Source: a phage
Length of the DNA: 38,725 nucleotides
Sequence record: PZ502562.2
Direction: 5' to 3' (one strand)
Under the pieces are notes generated by a model, which had not been told where the DNA came from, did not search any database, and saw only the letters and a program-made list of their open reading frames with translations. The translations under genes were made by a program, and so were the position numbers. Below, piece after piece: positions 28,578-36,305 of the stretch; positions within the stretch are counted from its first letter, which is position 1, and each line of letters begins with the position of its first letter.

Positions 28578-31500
28578 ATGGATAAGTACGATAAGAACGT
28601 ACCAAGTGAGTATGATGGTCTGTTCCAGAAGGCGGCTGATGCCAACGGGGTCTCTTATGACCTTTTACGTAAAGTCGCTTGGACAGAATCACGGTTTCAA
28701 CCCACAGCCAAGTCCAAGACTGGACCATTAGGCATGATGCAGTTCACCAAGGCAACAGCTAAGGCTATGGGACTTAATGTAACCGATGGGCCTGATGATG
28801 ACCGACTGGTTCCAGAGTTGTCTATCAACGCTGCTGCCAGACATCTTGCTGAGTTGGTGAATAAATTCGACGGAGATGAACTTAAGGCTGCACTTGCATA
28901 TAACCAAGGTGAGGGGAGACTAGGCGCTCCCCAGCTTGAGGCATACTCTAAGGGTGACTTCTCAGCTATCTCCGACGAGGGTCGCAACTACATGCGAAAC
29001 CTCATGGATGTGGCTAAGTCTCCAATGGCTGGACAGTTGGAAGCGTTCGGAGGCATTACCCCAAAGGGTAAAGGCATCCCTTCTGATGTTGGTTTAGGAG
29101 ACATTAAGGTCGAAGGGAAGCGTAAAGTAACAGATGCTATCCCAGAGTCAACTGGATTGGACATTAAAGGTATCGAACAGGAGGCTCCGGCGAAATCATT
29201 CGCTACGGACTTTTGGGACCATCATAAACAGAAACCATCTGAGTATGACGACCGCTCAACATTCTTCGGATTCAAAGATGCTGCAAGTGCCGAAATTGAC
29301 AACTCAGTCCTCGGCATGGCCTTCCGTGCTGGTCGCCTCGATAATAGTTTTGATGTGTTTAAGGATGTTATCACGCCTACGCGTTGGAACTCTACTATCT
29401 GGACTCCTGAGGAACTAGAGAGGATTCGAACAGAAGTTAAGAACCCAGCGTATCTAAATGTTGTTACAGGCGGTTCCCCTGAGAACCTTGACGACCTAAT
29501 TAGATTAGCCAACGAGAACTATGAGAATGACCTAAAGAAAGCTGACGCAGGTATCGGGGCACAGCTTTCCGCTGGCATTGTTGGTGCGGCATTCGACCCA
29601 CTATCGTATGTTCCGTTGGTTGGTGTGACAGGTAAGGGCTTTAAGTTAATCAATAAGGCTCTTGTGGTAGGTGCTGAGAGTGCAGCCATTAACATGGCCT
29701 CAGAAGGGTTGCGAACGTCTATAGTTGGTGGAGACGCTAATTATACTGGCGCGGTACTAGGTGGTCTTGTGTTTGGGGCAGGAATGTCTGCAATCAGTGA
29801 CGCTATAACCGCTGGGTTGAGACGTAGCAAACCTGAGGCTGAGTTCAACAACGAGTTCGTCGGGCCGTTGATGCGTATGGAAGCTCGCGAGACTGCCTTT
29901 AACGCTAACTCTGAGGACTTGTCTAAGATGAGCACAGGCAGCATCAACTTCGACAGAGAGTACGGTGGGGTTAACTACGCACCATTGGATACCGAGCCGG
30001 GTGCAGTTGTCCTCCCTCAAGGTCAAATCCTCAGCGACACTAACCCACTGAACCCTCAGACCCTCAGTGAGTTTGAGGCGATAAATCCTGAACGTGCAGC
30101 AAGAGGTATCTCCTTAGGTGGGTTCACTGAGATTGGCCTTAAGACACTGCGCTCTGAGAACACGGGAGTTCGCTCCATTGCTCGTGACCTAGTGCGCTCT
30201 CCAACTGGTATGGAATCGGGGTCTAACGGTAAGTTCGGCTCGACCGCTGATGATATTCATAGTCGGCTATCATCCAACGATAACCGCGATTGGAACCTAT
30301 ACTATGATAAGATGCGGGAAGTCATGAAAGACCCTGAGTTCACAACAGGTGCGCCTAAGATGAGCAAAGCAGAGGCCGTTGAGTCCATCGACCGCAAAAT
30401 TGCGCTGGCAATAGAGCACCCTGAGTTACAGGTAAACTTGTCTCCCAAAGAGATGGACCTGATGCGCCACGTTAAGGGTCACTACGACCTCAAGCGTGAA
30501 CTTATGGAAAACCCTGCTGTGTTCGGCAATCCAAAGGCGGTTAGCATCTTCCCCGGCAGTCGCAACAAAGGCACATACATTCCGAGAGTATATGACACCC
30601 AATCGAAGAATTTATATATTCAACGTTTGGGGAGCCGAGAGGCTTTACAGGAGGCTATCGCTGAAAGTTCGCTTGCGTCATACTACCTGCGTCCAGAAGT
30701 TAAGGCGCGTATTGATGAGCACCTGATGGAAGTCAATGGACTCAAGTCAACTAAAGAAGTAACACATGAAATGGTTCGAAAGTATGCGATGGATAAGGCT
30801 TACGGTATATCCCATACAGACCAATTCTCGTCGTCTTCTATTGTTGATGAGAACATCACGGGGCTTGTCGGCATCGAGAACAATAACTTTCTGGAAGCAC
30901 GTAACCTCTTTGACACCGATGTGCCAACCACGTTACCGGATGGCTCTACGTTTTCAGTAGATGACATTCGCGTGTTCAGCCAGCGCATCCTTATGCCAGC
31001 ATATGACCGTCGTGTAAATGGTGATATTGCTATCATTGGTAGCTCTGGTAAAACTACCAAGGAACTCAAGGATGAGATTATGGTACTGAGTAAGCAGGCC
31101 GAAGGTAACGGGAAGTTGAAGGGAGAAGTAGAAGCTCTCAAGGATACCGTGAAGATTCTAACTGGTCGCGCCCGTCGCAGCCCAGAAGGTGCTTTAGGGA
31201 CAGCTTTACGCTCTCTGAACGACATGACGTTCTTTGCTAAGAACTTCTATATGCCTCTCCAGAACTTCACGGAGATTGCCGGTATGCTAGTCAAAGGTAA
31301 TGTCTCTGCTGTGACTCACGGAATCCCTGTGATTAACGATTGGGTTAACCGAAGTAAACCAATGCGAGCCTCTGAGATTAAAGAACTCCACAGTATGGTG
31401 TTCGGTAAGGAACTTGACCAGCTAATCCGTCCGAGTCGCGAAGACCACATTAGCAGACTTAGGGAGTCTACAGACACCAACGCTGTGTTGGCTAATGTAG

Positions 31501-32552
31501 TTGGTACTCTTCGTTTCGGTACTCAGGAGTTAGCGGCTCGTTCCCCGTGGACGGTTATGCTAAATGGCACCACTAACTACATCATTGACGCTGCCCGTCA
31601 AGGTGTCCTTGGTGATATTGCAAGTGCGGTATTATCAGGGACTGGTGCTAAGTTTGGTAAGGCAAATTATCTTAAGTCTGCATCAATAAGTCCTGAGCAG
31701 TGGAATGGTATCAAGCAACTATTTCGAGACCACGCCACTCGTGATTCTGGAGGTAAGTTCACAATCAGGGACAAAAGAGCGTTCACCTATGACCCTCGCA
31801 CAATGGACCTGTGGAGACTTGCTGACAAAGTTGCAGGTGAGACAATCATGCGACCGCACAAGATTTCCTCACAGGACTCAGTTGCGTATGGGGCAGGCGT
31901 TAAGATGGTGATGCAGTTTAAGAACTTCGTCATTAAGTCTCTTAACGCCAGATTCGTGCGTAGCTTCTATGAGGCCACAAAGAACAACCGTGCGTTAGAC
32001 CAAGCGTTAACACACATTGTTGCCTGTGGACTAGCTGGTGGCTACTACGTTGGGCAGGCGCATCTAAAGGCCGCTTCCTTACAGGATGACAAACGTAAGG
32101 AGTACCTAAAGATGGCACTAGACCCGAAGATGATTGCCCATGCATCCATCTCTCGTAGCTCACATTTAGGTTCGCCACTTAGCATCTACGATATGATCGC
32201 TGGGGTGTTTGGTGATGACACCTATAAGTACACACGCTCCACGGTACTACCGAAGCAACCAGAAGAACGCGATCGCACAAAAGCGGTCACAGGTCGTCAG
32301 GTTACTGGTATGATTAGTGGTGCTTTAGGCGAGCAGATTCCTGCTTTAGGGTTCGCAGGGCAGGTTGGAGGTACGGCACTTAATGCTGTATCACTACTGA
32401 AAGCGCCCAACAAGGCTACCGAGATGGAGTTCCGTACAGGGATGTTTAATACAATGCGTGAGATTGTTCCGAACGACCCTATCACGCAGCAACTCATTAT
32501 GAAAATTTATGAGGCCAATGGTATCCACATCAAGGAGACACCTAGGAAATAA
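28578..32552 (+). CDS. 16: Gene 16, internal virion protein D with N-terminal lytic transglycosylase domain (1324 aa)
   Basis: The SLT motif VAWTESRF.PTAKSKTGPLGMMQF lies near the N-terminus. Collinear with T7 gp16. Confidence 0.98.
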   Translation: MDKYDKNVPSEYDGLFQKAADANGVSYDLLRKVAWTESRFQPTAKSKTGPLGMMQFTKATAKAMGLNVTDGPDDDRLVPELSINAAARHLAELVNKFDGDELKAALAYNQGEGRLGAPQLEAYSKGDFSAISDEGRNYMRNLMDVAKSPMAGQLEAFGGITPKGKGIPSDVGLGDIKVEGKRKVTDAIPESTGLDIKGIEQEAPAKSFATDFWDHHKQKPSEYDDRSTFFGFKDAASAEIDNSVLGMAFRAGRLDNSFDVFKDVITPTRWNSTIWTPEELERIRTEVKNPAYLNVVTGGSPENLDDLIRLANENYENDLKKADAGIGAQLSAGIVGAAFDPLSYVPLVGVTGKGFKLINKALVVGAESAAINMASEGLRTSIVGGDANYTGAVLGGLVFGAGMSAISDAITAGLRRSKPEAEFNNEFVGPLMRMEARETAFNANSEDLSKMSTGSINFDREYGGVNYAPLDTEPGAVVLPQGQILSDTNPLNPQTLSEFEAINPERAARGISLGGFTEIGLKTLRSENTGVRSIARDLVRSPTGMESGSNGKFGSTADDIHSRLSSNDNRDWNLYYDKMREVMKDPEFTTGAPKMSKAEAVESIDRKIALAIEHPELQVNLSPKEMDLMRHVKGHYDLKRELMENPAVFGNPKAVSIFPGSRNKGTYIPRVYDTQSKNLYIQRLGSREALQEAIAESSLASYYLRPEVKARIDEHLMEVNGLKSTKEVTHEMVRKYAMDKAYGISHTDQFSSSSIVDENITGLVGIENNNFLEARNLFDTDVPTTLPDGSTFSVDDIRVFSQRILMPAYDRRVNGDIAIIGSSGKTTKELKDEIMVLSKQAEGNGKLKGEVEALKDTVKILTGRARRSPEGALGTALRSLNDMTFFAKNFYMPLQNFTEIAGMLVKGNVSAVTHGIPVINDWVNRSKPMRASEIKELHSMVFGKELDQLIRPSREDHISRLRESTDTNAVLANVVGTLRFGTQELAARSPWTVMLNGTTNYIIDAARQGVLGDIASAVLSGTGAKFGKANYLKSASISPEQWNGIKQLFRDHATRDSGGKFTIRDKRAFTYDPRTMDLWRLADKVAGETIMRPHKISSQDSVAYGAGVKMVMQFKNFVIKSLNARFVRSFYEATKNNRALDQALTHIVACGLAGGYYVGQAHLKAASLQDDKRKEYLKMALDPKMIAHASISRSSHLGSPLSIYDMIAGVFGDDTYKYTRSTVLPKQPEERDRTKAVTGRQVTGMISGALGEQIPALGFAGQVGGTALNAVSLLKAPNKATEMEFRTGMFNTMREIVPNDPITQQLIMKIYEANGIHIKETPRK

Positions 32553-32572
32553 TACGACTCACTATAGGGAGA
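32550..32572 (+). promoter_or_regulatory. T7 class III promoter phi17
   Basis: taatacgactcactatagggaga. Confidence 0.95.
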
Positions 32573-32624
32573 GGTGAAAGAATCTTCTCACTGTAGTCTC
32601 TTAGATTTACTTTAAGGAGGTCAA

Positions 32625-34466
32625 ATGGCTAACGTAATTAAAACCGTTTTGACTTACCAGTTAGATGGCTCCACTCATGATTTTAATATCCCGTTTGAGT
32701 ATCTAGCCCGTAAGTTCGTAGTGGTGACTCTTATTGGTGTAGACCGTAAGGTCCTTACGCTTAATACAGACTATCGCTTTGCTACACGTACTACCATCTC
32801 ACTGACTAAGGCTTGGGGTCCATCCGATGGCTACACGACCATCGAGTTACGCCGAGTAACCTCCACGACCGACCGCTTGGTTGACTTTACGGACGGCTCA
32901 ATCCTCCGTGCGTATGACCTTAACGTTGCTCAGATTCAAACGATGCACGTAGCGGAGGAGGCGCGCGACCTGACTGCTGATACAATCGGTGTCAATAATG
33001 ACGGTCACTTGGATGCCCGTGGTCGGCGTGTAGTGAACGTTGGTAATGCGGTAGACCGCGGGGATGCGGTTAACTTGGGGATGCTTCAAGATTGGGACAA
33101 CTCCGCCCTGAATCAAGCAGACCGTTCGGAGAAGGAGGCTGATAGGGCAGAGGCCGCTGCGTCCCAAGCTGACAGTAGCGCTGCTAAGGCTCTTTCTTCT
33201 GAGAAAAGTGCTTCCACAAGTGCTACTAACGCACTCGCTTCGGAGAATGCAGCAAAGGCATCACAAGTGGCTGCGGCTGGTAGCGCAAGTTCGTCAGAAC
33301 AATCTAAGAACGAGGCAAATGCCTACAAAGAGGCCGCGCAAACTGCCGCGGACACCGCGTCCAACCATGAGGATAAAGCCAAGGAGTACATGGAGAGGGC
33401 CGAGGCTGTCGCCTGCTCCAAGGAGAATCCGGTATCTGAGATAACGTTCACTACTGGTGGGTCATTAGGTTCTGAAAGGGCCAAGGTCCGGGACACAGTT
33501 ACCAACCGCATCTACTACTGGATTGGGACCTTCCCCAAGGTAATACCTGAAAACTCCGTAGGAGAAGACCTTATAAAGGCAGATGGTGACCTGTGGGATT
33601 CTCTGCAAAACCCTAACGGTAAGTGGGTAGACGCGGGTAACAGCGTCCCTGCACTAAGAACCACATTAGGAGAAGGAGTACCCTTCAAGTACGAGACGTA
33701 CCCGAAGGATAACCTCAACGCCATTACTGAGCGTCAATCCAATAGGGTGCGTGTGGCTACGTGGAACATTTGGGGAGCAGGTGCTCAAGGTAACTTTGGT
33801 TCACTGGGTTCTGCCGATAGGATAAAGGCCCTACAGGAGCGATGGCTCAACCAAAAGCTAGACTACGTAGGTCTACAGGAGTGCTATTTCAACGACACAT
33901 TCTACCCATTCTCCATGTATACAATAGGTTCTCTCCACACTGCATTCGTACAGACGTGCGAACCTTATGAGTCTGGAATAACCATCCTGGATTTCGACTA
34001 CGGTACGGGATGTGTAAGCAGTGGCGCTGACGTGAAGATGTCTGGAGGAATCTATAAGGACAGCATCGGAAGCTCAGTGGATAAGGAGCGCCGAGCGTGG
34101 ACTCGCACAGAGACTACCATTAGGGGCCGTAAGTACGTAATATACAATACACATCTCAGCTATGATAGGGCGCGATTCACTCAGCAGCAGTCAGAGTTGA
34201 ACAACCTCCTATTAGCAGAGACTAACCCACAAGTAATCGTAATGGGAGATTTCAACCACGACGACATCACGTTGTTTCAGCCATTACTTGATGCCGGATG
34301 GTCTATGGGCCAGAACAAAGAGTTTAATACTAACAACACCGGCGGAAAATGGCACATTGATAATATACTGTACAAAGGGTTCTCTAAGAGAGTTGATAGA
34401 GGAACTCAGGACGCACCAAGTTCTCTATCTGACCATAAATTATTCTATGTGGAACTGGAGGTATAA
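32625..34466 (+). CDS. 17: Gene 17, chimeric tail fibre (613 aa): T7 N-terminal tail-attachment domain, Ala/Ser/Glu-rich coiled-coil shaft, unassigned ~105-aa domain, and a C-terminal EEP-superfamily phosphoesterase domain
   Basis: Aa 1-~140 are nearly identical to T7 gp17 (MANVIKTVLTYQLDGS..DFNIPFEYLARKFVVVTLIGVDRKVLT). Aa ~160-265 are a low-complexity helical repeat. Aa 374-613 carry the EEP motifs VATWNIWG, GLQEC, YNTHLS, MGDFNHD, HIDNILY and LSDHKLF. Confidence 0.9.
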   Translation: MANVIKTVLTYQLDGSTHDFNIPFEYLARKFVVVTLIGVDRKVLTLNTDYRFATRTTISLTKAWGPSDGYTTIELRRVTSTTDRLVDFTDGSILRAYDLNVAQIQTMHVAEEARDLTADTIGVNNDGHLDARGRRVVNVGNAVDRGDAVNLGMLQDWDNSALNQADRSEKEADRAEAAASQADSSAAKALSSEKSASTSATNALASENAAKASQVAAAGSASSSEQSKNEANAYKEAAQTAADTASNHEDKAKEYMERAEAVACSKENPVSEITFTTGGSLGSERAKVRDTVTNRIYYWIGTFPKVIPENSVGEDLIKADGDLWDSLQNPNGKWVDAGNSVPALRTTLGEGVPFKYETYPKDNLNAITERQSNRVRVATWNIWGAGAQGNFGSLGSADRIKALQERWLNQKLDYVGLQECYFNDTFYPFSMYTIGSLHTAFVQTCEPYESGITILDFDYGTGCVSSGADVKMSGGIYKDSIGSSVDKERRAWTRTETTIRGRKYVIYNTHLSYDRARFTQQQSELNNLLLAETNPQVIVMGDFNHDDITLFQPLLDAGWSMGQNKEFNTNNTGGKWHIDNILYKGFSKRVDRGTQDAPSSLSDHKLFYVELEV

Positions 34467-34467
34467 C

Positions 34468-35277
34468 ATGACCAACAAACTACTAGTAAACACTGAGGTA
34501 GCTCTCGCGGATGGGGACGCTCTATCCCTAGAGATGGTTCGTATGCGAAACGAACTGACAATCGCTAAGGCGGTTCAGGGTGAGACCCATTTCTACAAGA
34601 GTGTTAAGGATATGGGCATTACCGGGAAGGTTACGCTACTCTCCATTGCGAAGAGGATGCGCCGACGCTCTGTCCTCATCGTGAGTGTGTACGGAGGGAC
34701 CAGTGATGGTCCTGACCTTCCGCTCCCTTACTTCAACTCAGGGACTCCTGTTTATATGTCCGGCATACTTTGGGCGTACAAGATGGAGGATGAGAAAAAA
34801 GTCTATTTCGAGTGGCGTAACGAGAACATGACTGCCCGGTGTAACTATAACGCACACGTTGAGGACAAGGTTACTCCGTGGGTGTTCGATATGCTACCTA
34901 AGATGAATGCTACGGCTGGTCCGGGATACTGGCAGAACAGGATGTCAAATATTTGGGTTCCGGGGACGTATTACTTCACTAGAGACCAGATGAACGGCTT
35001 CACCGATAGACCTGTACTTGGAGGGGGCTACTTGGAGGTAATGAATGCAGGTAACTCACCTACTTCTGACAGAAACTATGTATTCACCTTAAACACTTCG
35101 GACCAACACAAGTGGTCCCGTCAAAATGATGGGGATTGGAGAATCATCCCTGTGTGCTTCACCGCAGCCGTACATGACAGCCAGATGCGCGTGGGTGATA
35201 TGAAAGTGGCAAGCAATGGTATGCTCCATATCAGAGTAAGCTCCAGTAAAGTGGGCCAGATTGCCACCGTTGGATAA
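34468..35277 (+). CDS. Hypothetical 269-aa protein with no T7 counterpart, inserted between gene 17 and the holin gene; candidate tail-fibre partner, second receptor-binding protein, or chaperone/inhibitor of the EEP domain
   Basis: The ATG at 34468 lies 1 nt after the gene 17 TAA, with a ggagg Shine-Dalgarno sequence 7 nt upstream. The frame is open to 35277. The protein is rich in Trp/Tyr/Gly/Asn, with no signal peptide or TM segment that I can see. The tracked start at 34288 would overlap gene 17 by 180 nt and lacks an RBS. Confidence 0.8.
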   Translation: MTNKLLVNTEVALADGDALSLEMVRMRNELTIAKAVQGETHFYKSVKDMGITGKVTLLSIAKRMRRRSVLIVSVYGGTSDGPDLPLPYFNSGTPVYMSGILWAYKMEDEKKVYFEWRNENMTARCNYNAHVEDKVTPWVFDMLPKMNATAGPGYWQNRMSNIWVPGTYYFTRDQMNGFTDRPVLGGGYLEVMNAGNSPTSDRNYVFTLNTSDQHKWSRQNDGDWRIIPVCFTAAVHDSQMRVGDMKVASNGMLHIRVSSSKVGQIATVG

Positions 35278-35290
35278 ATCAGGAGGTATC

Positions 35291-35494
35291 ATGTTATCCT
35301 TGGATTTTAATAATGAAGTCATCAAGGCTGCCCCCATTGCGGGGGCCGTTGGTGCTGACGCCACGTCTAGACTCATTTGGGGACTCTCCCTGAACGAGTG
35401 GTTCTACATTGCCGCTATCGCCTACACAGTGGTTCAGATTGGTGCCAAGGTAGTCGATAAGATGATTGACTGGAAGAAAGCCAATAAGGAGTAA
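35291..35494 (+). CDS. 17.5: Gene 17.5, class II holin (67 aa)
   Basis: MLSLDFNNE.IKAAPI...LSLNEWFY.A.IAYTVVQIGAKVVDKMIDWKKANKE is T7 gp17.5-like. An aggagg Shine-Dalgarno sequence lies upstream. Confidence 0.95.
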   Translation: MLSLDFNNEVIKAAPIAGAVGADATSRLIWGLSLNEWFYIAAIAYTVVQIGAKVVDKMIDWKKANKE

Positions 35495-35497
35495 TAT

Positions 35498-35767
35498 ATG
35501 GAAAAAGATAAGAGCCTCATTACGTTCTTAGAGATGTTGGACACTGCGATGGCTCAGCGTATGCTTGCGGACCTTTCGGACCCTGAGCGCCGTTCTCCGC
35601 AACTATACAACGCCATCAACAAACTGTTAGACCGCCACAAGTTCCAGATTGGTAAGTTGCAGCCGGATGTTCACATCTTGGGTGGCCTTGCTGGTGCTCT
35701 TGAAGAGTACAAAGAGAAAGTCGGAGATAACGGTCTTACTGATGACGATATTTACACTTTACAGTGA
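35498..35767 (+). CDS. 18: Gene 18, terminase small subunit (89 aa)
   Basis: MEKDKSLITFLEMLDTAMAQRMLADLSD.ERRSPQLYNAINKLLDRHKFQIGKLQPDVHILGGLAGALEEYKEKVGDNGLTDDDIYTLQ is T7 gp18-like. Confidence 0.97.
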   Translation: MEKDKSLITFLEMLDTAMAQRMLADLSDPERRSPQLYNAINKLLDRHKFQIGKLQPDVHILGGLAGALEEYKEKVGDNGLTDDDIYTLQ

Positions 35768-35768
35768 T

Positions 35769-35812
35769 ATACTCAAGGCCACTACATATAGTGGTCTTTA
35801 TGGATGTCATTG
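35769..35812 (+). promoter_or_regulatory. RNase III site R18.5
   Basis: atactcaaggccactacatatagtggtctttatggatgtcattg. Confidence 0.7.
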
Positions 35813-35861
35813 TCTACACGAGATGCTCCTACGTGAAATCTGAAAGTTAACGGGAGGCATT

Positions 35862-36305
35862 ATGCTGGAATTTTTACGTAAGCTGGTACCTTGGGTTCTC
35901 GCTGGGATGCTATTCGGATGGGGATGGCAACTTGGGGCGGACTCAATGGACGCCAAGTGGAAACAGGAGGTACAGAATGAGTACGTTAAGAGAGTTGAGG
36001 CTACAGCGAGCACTCAAAGAGCACTCAATGAAATATCGGCTAAGTATCAAGAAGACCTTGCCGCGCTGGAAGGGAGCACTGATAGGATTATTTCTGATTT
36101 GCGTAGCGACAATAAGCGGCTGCACGTCAGAGTCAAAACTACCGGAACCTCCGATGGTAAGTGTGGATTCGAGCCTGATGGTAGAGCCGAACTTGACGAG
36201 CGAGATGCTAAAAGTATTCTCGCAGTGACCCAAAGAGGTGACGCGTGGATTCGCGCTCTACAGGATACCATACGCGAGCTACAGCATAAGCAGGAGGTTA
36301 AGTAA
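35862..36305 (+). CDS. 18.5: Gene 18.5, i-spanin (Rz-like) (147 aa)
   Basis: N-terminal TM segment [16 protein letters not shown]7 gp18.5-like. Confidence 0.95.
   Translation: MLEFLRKLVPWVLAGMLFGWGWQLGADSMDAKWKQEVQNEYVKRVEATASTQRALNEISAKYQEDLAALEGSTDRIISDLRSDNKRLHVRVKTTGTSDGKCGFEPDGRAELDERDAKSILAVTQRGDAWIRALQDTIRELQHKQEVK
35977..36228 (+). CDS. 18.7: Gene 18.7, o-spanin (Rz1-like lipoprotein) embedded in the +1 frame of 18.5 (83 aa)
   Basis: [45 protein letters not shown] carries the lipobox ATISGC and is T7 gp18.7-like. The tracked start at 35932 is an extension. Confidence 0.85.
   Translation: MSTLRELRLQRALKEHSMKYRLSIKKTLPRWKGALIGLFLICVATISGCTSESKLPEPPMVSVDSSLMVEPNLTSEMLKVFSQ

Noticed and set aside
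33208-33444. 78-aa highly basic alternative-frame ORF inside the gene 17 shaft region.
   Set aside because: It is a by-product of the GCN/AGC/GAR-rich Ala/Ser/Glu repeat coding sequence. It has no RBS and an Arg/Pro-rich nonsense composition.
34288-34467. Upstream extension of the novel ORF (tracked start at 34288), which would give a 329-aa protein overlapping gene 17 by 180 nt.
   Set aside because: No Shine-Dalgarno sequence precedes 34288. The ATG at 34468 has ggagg at ideal spacing and sits just past the gene 17 stop, and the overlapped part lies in an alternative frame of the conserved EEP domain.
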